A stretch of 64,000 nt of DNA from Gnetum montanum (Eukaryota; Plantae; Gnetophyta). The stretch is taken from the NCBI GenBank assembly GCA_015680685.1, contig MNCI01003240.1, forward strand, positions 889,938 through 953,937, read 5' to 3'. Positions 14,301 through 27,199 of the stretch are shown here, one piece after another; position 1 is the first letter of the stretch, and every line of letters begins with the position of its first letter. The notes under the pieces were generated by a model, which had not been told where the DNA came from, did not search any database, and saw nothing but the letters and a program-made list of their open reading frames with translations. A program made the position numbers and the translations under genes.

Positions 14301-15715
14301 TTATCAATGCATATCAAAAGAGACCACTAGAAATGAAAGGAGTTTCTTTGTTGAGTGCTATGAAATATTTTACCTTTATCTCGAAGAAGAGAGAGATACC
14401 AGTGTGGAAGCCTCGACTACGACCAGTTATTGTAAGAACATTTCCAAAATTTAGAGTAGCTCCAAGAGTAGGAGAGGAGAAATGGATAGATTACTATTGG
14501 GTGCAACTGTTACTAAACTATCCTTTTAGTGATGTCAAACACGATCTAGGAAGAAATGATGAAGAAATTGAATGAAAATGGATTTTTGTTCGACAAATCT
14601 ATGAATTGGAAGAGGGGACATTCGATGAAGAGTTTGAACATGCTTGTGAGGAAGAGAGACAGTATACAAATAGTATTCCAGAAAGATAAGATGGTATTGA
14701 ATATGATTTTGAAGTACTAAATCGACATCTACTTACATCAACTTATTTTCAACGAAGTGAACTCGAAATGCTTGGATTAAGAGATCAAGATAGATAGAAT
14801 GAATGGTCAGCCAACTATCCTGGAGAGGATGTTGCAAAGATTGCTACATCTTTTGTTCATGGTCATAGATCACATGGGATAATAACAGATTCAAGAAATA
14901 ACGACAATCAGGTGGACATATCTTTTCTAGGAGTTCAATAGAAGAAATGCTACAAGATTATCACTGGCCATCTATATATGCAACAATTCGAAATAGATGA
15001 AGTTTCTCCTTTATTGATGATTATTCAAGGTATAGCAGGCACAGGAAAATTGTATCTCATTGATACAATTCAAAAGAATTTAGTTGAACTTGCTCATCGG
15101 GAAAGAAAAGCTTATTGGTGCTCGCCCCTATTGGTGTTGCAGCGTATAATATTAATGCAACTATAGTACATTCTACGTTGAAGATTGGAATCGGAGATTA
15201 CAAACCATTGGTTGCATCAACTTTTTCATCGTTGCAAAATAAATATAAATACTTAAAGTATATTATTGTAGATGAAATGAGTTTCATAGGTGGCAAATTT
15301 CTTAACAGCATTGACCAAAGGCTTAAGGAAATATTTCTAGATAATCATTTAGATAACTTTGGTGGTAGATCTATGATACTCATTGGAGATCTTGCACAAC
15401 TTCCACCTATTAAAGATGTTGTACCATACATATTATCTCAGATGCATGTGAAGAGTTTGTGGTTGGCATTCAATAAATTTATAACCTTGAATGTTGTGTA
15501 TCGACAAAGGGGTGATGATTCGCAACAACAAAGATTTAGAGAAGTTTTGATGAATATATGAGAAGGAAAGATGACTGATGAGGATTATGACTTTTTAAGC
15601 TTGAGAATGCAACTTCCATTAACATCAGATGGGTGACATGGATTTGAGAATTCTGTGCATTTTTTTGATACAAAGGATAAAGTGCATATGCATAATGAAA
15701 AAATATTGCTCAAAA
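11317..15715 (+). mobile_element. Helitron Rep/PIF1-helicase pseudogene with introns, 3'-truncated (Helitron2/Helentron-like Rep)
   Basis: Rep motifs PTVFFTLSVVDLYWPDL, RYEW..GSPHVHGFLW (HUH), WRANTDFQPV, YIAKYAAK. PIF1 motifs QGIAGTGK, LAPIGVAAYNI, IIVDEMS, FGGRSMILIGDLAQLPPI, VYRQ. GT-AG introns at 11389-11491, 13450-13552 and 13720-13816. N-gap at 12012-12433. Confidence 0.93.
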
Positions 15716-16063
15716 TAAGGTACAGAACTCTTGTTCTTTGTCTAGAAGGCATGAAAATTTGGGTTTTTAAATCTTGTTCTTCGTCTAGAAGTTGTGAAAT
15801 TTTTTACTCAAAGAACTTTTTACATGTAAATAAATAAGATTATCTTGGCCAATTTATAGATATATATTATAAATATATAACTAAGCTAGTTTTAAAACCT
15901 ATTGATATATATTTGGTAGTGAAGGTTAACCAAGATATATCCTTTAGAGATTTTTGAATTAAATATAAAATATTTAGACTATTAGAAAGTTTGTGAAATT
16001 TTTGGACTTTGAAATATTTTTAAATATTTAATTAGAAACATTTTCTTAGCTCATATCCTTAGA

Positions 16064-16524
16064 TATTTGGCCTAAAACTTTATATGTTCCATGAATAGGG
16101 AAATAAAATAACTTTTCTTACTTGTTTGGAATGTCACAATGGTCATTTTTCATTTTGGCACACATATGTTTGAGTGTGATTAGGATTGTCTTCTTATGTA
16201 CTTTCTAATTATGCAATTTATTTTATTTTTTGACATCTACATTTTTGTGGTTGTGTTTTTTTCTACTTTCTTATATTTATGTTTATTTAATTATTTGGCC
16301 TAAAACTTTATATGCTCCATGAATAGGGAAATAAAATAACTTTTCTAACTTGTTTGGAATGTCACAATGGTCATTTTTCATTTTGGCACACATATGTTTG
16401 AGTGTGATTAGGATTTTCTTCTTATGTACTTTCTAATTATGCAATTTATTTTATTTTTTGACATCTACATTTTTGTAGTTATGTTTTTTTCTACTTTCTT
16501 ATATTTATATTTATTTAATTATTT
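16064..16524 (+). repeat. Near-identical 228-bp direct tandem duplication
   Basis: tatttggcctaaaactttatatg starts at both 16064 and 16292; the two copies differ at only a few positions. Confidence 0.95.
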
Positions 16525-17499
16525 ATGTTAATGAAATTGAAACTGAAATTTTTTATTTACATTCACTAAGATTCTTTAAATCTATTTAAACTAGTTCTAG
16601 AATTTCTTTTATGGAATTTTTTATAATTTATAACTTAATGTTGCCCAGTAGAATTAAACTTCTGACTTGGGGTTACCAAGCTAAGACTTTTACCACTAAG
16701 CTAACACCTCATTAATGCTAGTAATATGGAAATTTTACTTCATCATGGTGCACAATTTTCTTTATGCTTCTAATTGATAATTTTTATTAATTAAACATTT
16801 ATTTTATGATTTAGTTAATATAAGGTTAAATCTTGATCATTGGGACTTCATAACAATTTTATTAGTTAGTTACAAAAATTTATAAATAATTAATAAGAAT
16901 GTTACATAGGTGTTATTAGAGCATATATTTTTCTTTAGGTATCTTAACATTTAATTCTTTTAAACATTATTTATTTGATATTTCTTTCTAATTTTGAGTA
17001 ATGTTATTATTTTACTTGTTGATATTAGCATCCTGTTAAAGATGAGACATAAGCAAATGTAGTTATTAGGACCAAATGTGGAAAATAAAAGTGTTGTAGC
17101 ACCAATTAGCTATACTACAAAGGTATAGCTATGTTTTGAACTAAATAAATGAAAGATTAGAACTTTATGTTACTACACCCATAGAATTAGGGTCTTGCAA
17201 TAGCTGTAATAAAAAAAGAAAATAACCAAATGAATCCTTTGATAATCAAACATTAGCTACCAAAGAATAGGTATCTTATTTGAAATGAAAATACATATAT
17301 GAAAAAGGGTAGATCATCTAAGGTAAAATAGGAGGATTGTAAGCATTATTCCAAATCACTAATGAAGCTATAGGAGCTAAGGGAGAAAAATAAAATACCA
17401 AATTAGGCTTTCAAAATTTCCTTAAAGCTAGATGGCCTAGTAAAGAAGCCCATATCTAATGATCTTTGAGGTCGTTCACTAAAGTATTTGTTTACTAAG

Positions 17500-19670
17500 T
17501 GGGGAATGGATTTATGTTTTAATTAATGGGGGAGCCCAAGAAAATGTTATTTCTTCTAAGGTAGTTACTAAATTGGGTTTGATAACTAATCCTTACCCAA
17601 GACCCTATAAGGTGCATTGGTTATCTAAAGATTATTCCCAAGAGGTGAAAGAACAATGTACTTTGAAATTTAAAATTGGAAGTTTTCATGATGTTGTGAG
17701 GTATGATGTACTTCCAATAGATTTTACTAATGTAATTCTTGGTAGACCTTGGAATGTTGACAATGGTGTTTAGTTTGATGGAGCAAGAAATGTGTGGAGT
17801 GTTATTAGACTTGATGGAATCCATGATTTGATTCTTATGATAGCTGAACAAGTGAGGTAGTAAAGCTCACTTAATGCTCTTTTAATCCTTCTAGGAGAGA
17901 GGGAATATATTAAGGAACATGATGAAACTGGTTTTAGTTTTGTTGTTATGACAACAGTTGCTACTAACCATGATGATGTGTGGGTTAAACTTCCTATAGG
18001 TGTGCTAGGCTTGGAGGAGAAATTTCCAAAGGTGTTCAAGAAGGAAGATGAAAGGTTTGGTGAAGTGGAGTTCAATGAGAAAAGGATTTATCAAGCATCT
18101 CTCATTGAGCAAGGGAGTGCTCAATACTTAAAAGTTTTAGAAGAAGAAACTAAGAGCTTCATCAAAGAGACCAAGAAATACTCATAGTCCAAGATGATGT
18201 ATGCTGCTGATTAAGAAGAGTTCTTACCTCATAAGTTATGGGAGGTGAAAGATCAAGGCCAAAGGAGTGGCAAGGTTCAAAGGACTTCTTTATTAAGGAT
18301 CAAGAGCATCATTAGAGGATATGATACTTAGTCCTTGTGTAATTGTTCTATATCTTGCGACAAGGGAAAGGATATTCTAATTCAAGTGGAAACTATATCA
18401 TGGAAGTGAGGTGAGTCTTCTAGCCAAGGTATGTGGAATAATGATTTCTTTAATGATGTTTTTGATGAAATTGATGTTAAAACTACGGAGTAAGATTTAC
18501 CTTTTGATTTTGTACCTTCAAAGTGGGTTGTACAAGCTTTTGATGATTCTTTGAAAGAGGAGAAACCATTGGAGTTAGAGACTACTATGTGGAATCTTAA
18601 AGATGGAAACTTTGATGAGATTGGACAACCACATGTTGAAGATCCAATTGAATTGAAGATGGATAAGAGAAGCCATGAAAAGGTACGTGAGTATAAGCTT
18701 TTCCTTGTAGATGGTAGTAATGTATCTTATGTGCTGGATTCTAGTTTTTCAATTTAGCTTGGTAGTGGTTTGTTCCATCATGATGATTAACATCATGATC
18801 ATTATGTTAGTTATGATGAAATTTTGAGTTATGTTGTGCATGATGAAAGCAATGTAAATTTTGATGCCATTGTTGGTAAGAGTAAGACTAATAATGATGG
18901 AAAATTTGAGGATAATCTATGTTGTGATTTTGATGGTGGAGGAAGGATGAGTAAGAGACTTTCCAACACCAACATGAAGAATGTATAGTTCTTCTATGAT
19001 AAGACTTTTCATGTTGCAATTGGCAAAAGCTTATTTGAAGTGAATTATGGTTTTTCTCCAAATATGGTGGACACTTTAAAGAGCTTTCATGATGAAGGTC
19101 AAATTAGTGTTGACTTTGTGCAAGAGATGAGGGATCTCCATGCATAAGTAAATTCAAATCTTGAGAAGAAGGATGAAGAGAGAGTCCTCAAGAGGAATGA
19201 GGATAAAAAGTAGCCTAATTTTGCTATTGGTGACCTAATTTGGATGCACTTGAAGAAGAAGTAGTTGAGAGGTGTTAACTTCTCCAAATTGAAAGCTAAG
19301 AAGATTGGGCCTTTCAAATCAAGGCTAAAATTAATGACAATGCTTTTAAGATTGATTTACCAAATGATGTTGGTATGTCTTTTGTGTTTCATGTTTAAGA
19401 TCTTGTGTACTATTGTGGACTAGCTAATGAGGAGACCATACAAGGAAGCATCGATAAGTTGAAGGGGGCTATTGATTAGTCCAAGCTTTCAATGGAGAAG
19501 AAGAAAATTGTACTCAAGTGGAGGAAAGTTTCTAGCACTTGGGGAGTCAAGAGGCATGAATATTTGATCCATTTGGAGGACTAATCCATTGATGATGCTA
19601 TATGGATCCATGAGACCAAACTTGTTGATTGGCGAATCACTTCTATCCCTACTCTCTTGTTCACATGAGT
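17500..19670 (+). pseudogene. CRM-like chromovirus pol remnant: protease, acidic unknown segment, integrase C-terminus and chromodomain; no RT or RNase H seen
   Basis: KLGLITNPYPRPYKVHWL..VILGRPW (CRM-type protease); LFEVNYG, FAIGDLIWMHLKK, KKIGPF, INDNAFKIDLP; chromodomain-like HEYLIHLED*SIDDAIWI. Confidence 0.8.
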
Positions 19671-19694
19671 TTACGTTTTGAAGGGTGGGAGAGT

Positions 19695-20858
19695 TGGTGT
19701 AGGAACACCTCTTTAGGTTTCATGCTTGGAGAAGACCTAGACACATATGTCTAGCTTTTGTGTTGAATTCTTATGATGAAGATTCTTGGATGTTTTGACA
19801 TGTTTGGAGGTGTTTTTGGCCTATTTTGATGAGTTTAGGAGGTTCCAGGGTCTATGGGAACTTGTTGGGAGGCATCCAACATCAAAATAAGCATTTTTAT
19901 TTTTGGCACCTTTGGAATAGATGTTCCTCCAAAAAGATAGAAGACTTTCTAGAGGTATCTCCCCTAATGTGTATACATCTCTAGTTCATAGAAGGCATCT
20001 ACCAAAAATAGTAGATGTCTCTCCCAAGAGCAGGGCTTTCATAGAAGGCATCTCCTCCAAAATATAGATGTCTTCTTAGAGACATCTTCTTTGAAGTGTG
20101 GATGTCTCTAGTCCATAGATTATGTCTACCAAAAATAGTAGCATCTCTTAAGAGAGTAGGGATTTCATAAAAGAATTCTACATGAAACAAGAGATGTCTA
20201 TGCCAGCAAAGAAGAAAAGCTCTGACATGGTGTATCAATTGGAAACATCTAAAAGCCTCTAGATCCATGTGGGAAATATCTAGGAATGTAACAAGGAAGC
20301 TTCCTAGGGTTTTAAATCTTTATAATTATGTATGCCTTCATCCATGAAAGAGAAACAGAGTTTGATATGTAAGGAGAACTGGGCAACAGAGATTGGGTGA
20401 TCACATTGGATGAGTGCAATAGGTGATTGCAACTTCAAGATCAACTTGTGGTGTGTTGATCTATGTGTTCTATTCTCTTGTATCTTACTTGCGAGTTGAG
20501 ATCTTAGTCCCATGTTGTGGAAGAGATTTCTCTTGGTTGTGTCTTGCACTGAGAACAACCATTGTGTGACTGTAGAGCCTCATGCTCTATAATATCATTT
20601 AAGTGTGATAGGTTTATGAATGTTTGTGGGTTGTGTGAACCCTAATGTAATCTTATGATAACTTTAATTAAATTTAGCTAGTTTTCTTATTTTCTAGAAA
20701 ATAATTTTATCTTTGCATAGTATCTTGATTCAGTGTGTTAAAAGTGATTTAATTATGGAGTGAACCTACTCTAATTATTGACCTTAGATCTTGCTTAGGG
20801 TTTTGAGCCTATTTGAGAGATTTTAATAATGTAATGATTTCTAGCTACATTTCTACCA
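19695..20858 (+). mobile_element. 3' LTR of the CRM-like element
   Basis: Follows PPT aagggtgggagagt; starts TGGTGTAGGAACACC and probably ends ttctacca (right end approximate); homologous to 34490-35195. Confidence 0.7.
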
Positions 20859-22527
20859 ATCAGGTAAGTAAAATTTAGTTCAATGCTTATCTTTTAAATT
20901 TCTTGAATATTTTCTTCTATGTGCATGTAATTTGAATTGATCCGCTTTGTTCAATAGTAGTTCAATGTAATGGCATAATGTTTTCTCTATTAAATCTTAT
21001 TTGTTAATGCATATTTTCTAAGATTTAAAATTATAATATTAATTTTATTATGTATGAGACATTAGAGATAGGCTTTACTTCATTTAGATTCATTTTTTTT
21101 GATTTTTTCTAAATTTTTGGATAATAGAACTAGGGTTTCCTATCATAATTTTCATTTCTAAGGCCCAAGAGAACTCCAAAATGTTCATCTTGGTAGTTTG
21201 GATCCCAAGATGACCTTTCTAAGATGCCATAACCACATCATGAGGTCATGATAAAGGTCATGACATATTCTGATGTCATTTTTGAATGTCACATGTTAAT
21301 TGAAGTAACTTTTGTAAAGCAATCTTTTAAAAATTATAAAATGGCCAAAAACATGACTTCTAGCACTTCCTAGCATGTATGAAAGTTAGAAATAATAACT
21401 AATTATATTGTACATTTTTTTAATATTCTTAGAATGGCACTTAGATTTTTAGATCATGATTTTTATTATTTGTTAATTTTTTAAATTTACTTAAAAGCTT
21501 AGTTTTAATTTTAGCAATCCCTTGAATTCTTGTTTGGTAATAATCTTCTTTGGTAATCTAATCTATTTTTTAGTAAATTAAGCAATTTGGACACATTTTC
21601 CCATCATGGAAATTGCTATCTTTAATATATATTTAGTATTATTAGTTTCTCCTTTGGCAATGCCTATGCTAGTCACATTTCTTAGTAGGTATCTTTTGTC
21701 TAGTTTTGTCAAAAAATTGGTTTATGAGTAGCTATATATACTTTAGATATATTTGGTGATATTTGAATTATTTGTTATTTCTACTTGGATGTTTGGTACT
21801 AACTCTCTAGCTACCTAATGCTTGAATGCAAAACCCTTATGAAATTAGTTATTTTTTATTTTTCCTACCCATTTGTAGGACTAAACTTCCTTTTGTTTTG
21901 TGCCTTTTAAGAGATTTGGTTGGTTGTGAGGATGATGAGACAGATGCAAAAGTTTATACTTAGATTTAGATTTTATGTTATTTTTTTTTTCAGTTTTAAC
22001 TGAATTTGTTGAAATGTTATACTTTTCTAAGCTATAATATTTAGCTAGTATTTTTGTACTATGTAATGCTCTTTGATTAGGTGGAATTTGTGCTTACATG
22101 TCCTTAATGCAAGTCTAACCTCATTACATTTATTTCTTGAGTAGAATTAGTCTTTATATTTAATTTTATTCAAATGTTTTCTTCTACTAGAACCCAATTC
22201 CTTGGTGTTATTTGGCTATATTTATAATATAATTTATTTTTCTATTTTTATTATATCTTATTTATTGTAATTTTGGCTTACACATTAAGGCATCGACTAT
22301 TGTTTCTCAATGAATAGGTTAACTTTCATATACAAGGGACTATTTGAATTATTTAATTAATTTTCTATTAATTAGTTATATATTTTTATGATCCTTTACA
22401 CCTATACTAAAGATTCTTACTACTTTACCTATCATGTTTTTTTTACATCATTTCTTTTTTATAAGTTGCCTTTTTTTCATAAGTAGTACCTTCCTATCCT
22501 AAGCCTAGTTAGTGGGGTGCTATAAGA

Positions 22528-22540
22528 TGATATTAGAGCT
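22528..22540 (+). promoter_or_regulatory. Degenerate tRNA-iMet primer-binding site of a second chromovirus
   Basis: tgatattagagct matches TGGTATCAGAGC with transition changes and directly follows the LTR-end-like sequence ggggtgctata. Confidence 0.55.
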
Positions 22541-24859
22541 AAAGGTTTGATTAGTATTCTTGGATTTGTAGAGATGGGATGATACTATGAAGAGTTTTGA
22601 AACTCTAAATAGGAAAAATCCTAAATAATCAATAGTTAGTCTCATAAGATGGAGGACTTCTCAATAATAAGAAAATTTTCTAAGTGTTTTATTCTCTTAT
22701 TTGGGTATCAAAGTGCAAAAGAGAACCTTGTTTTATAATAGTTGATTATTTTTGGTAAGATGATAGTATTAAATTAGGCATAGTGGAAGGTGTGATGCTA
22801 TTGGAAGAAGTGGTAAGAAGTCCTAGATTAGTCTCAAACATTCATAAAATATCTAGTCTAGATATATTGCACAACATCTTTGCAATGGTGGCTCATAGTA
22901 ACTAAGAAATCCTTCTTCATCAATTAGCATTGTGACAATGTATAAATTGAAAGACGTTGTAAATGTTTTTGTGTTCTAGCATATCACTTAACATTACTAA
23001 TGGTGATTTGGAATGATATTTCCTAATCTACTTTCAAAAATAAAAATATCATCCCCTAAATATTTGAAGAACTAAAATTGATGAAATAGAAACATGTTGC
23101 CAAAAGTTATTGAATTGATAGATTCAATGTTGAGCTTCAAATTTTTTATTTTCGGTTATAGGCTTATATCATCCAAAATTTTGAAAGAACCTAAAAATCA
23201 ATACATTAAAATTTTCATTGAAAAATGCCTAAAAATCAACATGATTCTTGATAAATTTGAATCCATTTAAGTCCAATTTGACTAGGGAAACTTATATTTA
23301 TAATAGAGGCTCACAATTAGTGTCATGAAAGATAGATCTAAAAGCTTATTCAATCAAATTAAGAAATCATGTCTTCATGAGACAAAAAATATCACATGAA
23401 TTTAAATTCTATATTGCATGTGAAAACATTAATAAAATACCTATATATACATGATATATCTTAAAAACATTAAAGGGTTAGACATTATAAAAGTTGAAGA
23501 GTTAATTAAACATCAATTTATCAACAAAATAAGGCTTCAAAATGATCTTAAATACCCTTGATTCTACAACAAAAAGTCCAAAAATAAATTACCTCAATCA
23601 TATCTACTTAGTTGAGGAAAAAAATGATCAAAATTCATGAATTATAGGGGCTTTGAAGCCTTAATACATTTCATCAAATATATGCATAAAAAATATTCAT
23701 AATCAAAATTAAGAAAAAAAATAAAATGAAAATATGTTTTACAATCTCTTAGGATGCATGAGAGAGTCTCATTATTCTTGGAACATTTGTGGAAAATGAA
23801 GATAAAGGATTGTAAAAATTGTAAGAACTATTTTTGACAAAGTGAAATAAGTTTATAAGAATATTTTAAAATGAAACTTGTGATAATTGGAGCTCTCAAA
23901 TTCATTTTGGGAGAGCCTAATTATTAACAAGATTCTTTAAGGATAGATTTCCTATACATTGTTGGAGTTTGAATCTATGCCTTATAATAACTTTACAATT
24001 CTTTAAGATATAAAGATTAGGTAGTGAGATTGTAAAATTATAAGATCAGAACTCTCTTATTTAAGATAACTACTTTTCATAATTCTCTATAGTTCTAAGT
24101 ATTGTAAGTCTTACTAACTTAACTACATATGAATCCTCATATGATCAATGGAATTACATTCACTTGATTTTATATATTAGTACTAGTCATAAGCTATCAT
24201 ATATAGTTTATAAAAAGTACTATTTCTAGTTCTGGTAATTCATAATCACCCTATTTGGACTTATTGTGAACTCAAATTCAATGATACTAAGAATATAAGA
24301 ACTTATGTTTCAATAGTGTCGCTCTTTCTCTCATAGTGCATATTCTTTTGGATTATATTTAACTTACATTATCAGCTAATGACATACTTATGATGCTCTT
24401 TGATCAACTTATTATGAGCTATTATTTTTAGTCTTATGTGGATTGGATCACTCTAGACTCCTTCAACAATTCACAACTAAGTTGGATAAGCTTTTCTTAT
24501 GAGAACTAATGAACTACTCTCTTAATGTAGCCTATCTATCTTTCTTAAGTATTCTTCTTATGCTTGTAACTTTAAGCAATCATTCAATCCATACCTTTAT
24601 GAATCATAACCTTTATAATCTTTTGGTTTACAAATATTTCTACAATTTTTTTTAGTGTTGCTCTTCTTCTTGCTTATTGTTCCAACTATTTGTCAATTTT
24701 TATGTTCCTGCACTTATTTACTTCTTCATTTATTATTTTCTCTTACTCTTACTTTCTTATCTATTTCTTTTTCCATATATTATTCCACATCTTTGTAAAA
24801 TATGGACTTAGTTTCTTTTATACTTCATAGGGAGATATGGCTCATTATTAATCATTATA

Positions 24860-26440
24860 ACCTTTTGTAAGGACTAATGGATTAAGTTTAAAAATTAATG
24901 ATTATATTTTGACTTAGGAACATATTCTAACATACCTAGAATGGATGAAATTCTTGATGTACTTATTAATATTGAAGTATTATCTAAGATTGATTTAATG
25001 AGTGGTTAGCATCAAATAAGAATTAGGCTAGGGAATGAGTAGAAAACCTTTTTTAAAACTCATGATGGATTGTATGAGTGCTTAGTCATGCCATTTGGCC
25101 TAACCAATGCTTTTGCCACATTCATGATCTCAATGGATGATGTCTTGAGTGAATTGATTTGAAAATATTGCATTATAATTTTTTAACAATATTATTATAT
25201 ATAGTTCTAATAAAGAAGAGCATATGAAACACCTAAAAAATGCATTCTCCAAGTTTTATGAAGCTTAATTAGTGTTAAATGTGAATAAGTCACTTTTTGA
25301 AGAAAGAAATTATTTACTTGGATCATGTCATCTTCAAATATCAAGTGCAGATAAATTATGCTAAGATCAAGACAATTAGAGATTGTCCTTAACTTAAGAA
25401 TTTTGGAGAGGTGGGATTTTCCCCTTGGGCTAGTTGGTTTTTATAGGAGATTTATTAAACATTTAAATTCTATTACATGGTCAATGCTTTCTTATTTATG
25501 TTAGATTACAAATTTTGCATTGGGTAATGAACAAAATATGTTTTCCTAAGCTTTGAAAGCTAAAATTTATAGTGCTCTACTTCTTATCATTTCAAGATTT
25601 TTTAAGTGGAGGTGAATATAAGTGGACTTGAGGTTGTTGATGTTTTCTCATAAGAGGATAAGGCCATTACATTATTTTTTTAAAAAAGTAAATGAGTCTA
25701 GGAAAAATTATAGTGTTTATGAAAATAAATATATGATATTCTTCAAGCCATAAAATATTAGAGGCATTATTTATTAGAAAGTAAATTTCTTCTTTGACTA
25801 ACTAGAAGGCTTTGTAATTCTTAAACTTACAAAATTAATAAAGTGCCAAGAATATGAAATGGGTAGAGTAGCTATAAGTATTTCACTTTGTGTTAAAGCA
25901 TGTAAGTTAAAAATCAATGTTGTGATATATGTTCCTTTTAGAATTTACATGATGAGTCATTCATGTGCTCAAGTAGGATTCGATAGACCTTTACTTTTTT
26001 ATATTAAAGTGATGTAGACTATGGTGAGATTTAAAAGGCTCTCAATGATCCATTACTAAGTAGAGTGGATAGGTGAATGGACTATCATTTATAGCATGGA
26101 CTTCTTTCCAATAATGGTAAGGTATGTATACCTACTTGTGATTTCAGATTGTATATTTTCCATGAAAATATACTTATGATATGGTTGGATATATGGTCAA
26201 GTCCAAAACATATGATCTTTTTTTTTTTAAAAAAAATTTTCTATCTAGGTATGTATAATGATGTGAATAAATTTATTAGGAAGCATCTTTTTGCCAAGTA
26301 TTTAAGGGAAGGAAAATGTATTGATAGACACTATTTATCATTATCTATTTCTAATGCTTCATGAAAGAGTGTTTCTATGGATCTTATTTTTATTATTTCT
26401 ATGACCCAATTTGAACATGAATTTATTTGTATTTTTTATC
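24860..26440 (+). pseudogene. Chromovirus-type Ty3/gypsy RT, RNase H and integrase zinc-finger remnant, truncated
   Basis: [44 protein letters not shown]; RNase H-like RKNYSVYE..AIKY*RHYLLES; integrase-like SVSMDL. Confidence 0.85.
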
Positions 26441-27199
26441 ATACTTCTAAAATTAAATGAAATGAAGTAATCAAGTTACTAATCTTTTAAGAAAAGTTTA
26501 AAAAATTTCCTTAGGAAGGCACTAGAGTTTAAGCTACAAAGAAAAAACTCTAGCAAAGCTTGGAAATCTTTGCATACTAAGTAAACAAGAATCTCATAAA
26601 GAAGCTTGTTAAAGAGTTTAAAATGATCTTAATCAAATTACAGATCATAACTTAAATAATTCATTATTTTAAGAGCATAAATTCTTAGTGTAGAAAATAC
26701 CCAAGTAAATAATGAAGCTTGCGGTTAAAACTATTTGAAGAAATACTTGGGATTAGTAGGATAATTTTTCTTTGAATTAAGAAAAGTTTTAGGGGATGCT
26801 TCGTAGTTATGAGGATTTATTATTTAAATGAATCTTAAAAATTATTAATTCAGCTAGATATATAACTAACCAAATGGATCCACCTATTTGACCTTAGTAG
26901 AATCGGTTTATAGTATCAAATTTTAGTTCTAGTTACCTTGATTCTAGAAGATACCTCATTGCCATATCAACATTAAGATGTCAAGATTAATCTTATGAAG
27001 TTATGGTGAAAATCAAAATTGATTATGTTTTAAATTAGTTTTAAAACAAATAATAAATTATTAATAATAAAGAACCTACAGGCCGGTAATCTAATTTAGT
27101 CAATTTTAAGTTTTGCAAGAGTAGTTGTCATATTAGCTAACATGGTTGAGCTAATATGTCAAGGCAACATATGAAATAAAAGAATTAAACTTAATATAT

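Noticed and set aside
24020-24830. Possible minus-strand gypsy integrase remnant
   Set aside because: Too degenerate; only weak motif echoes that I cannot support.
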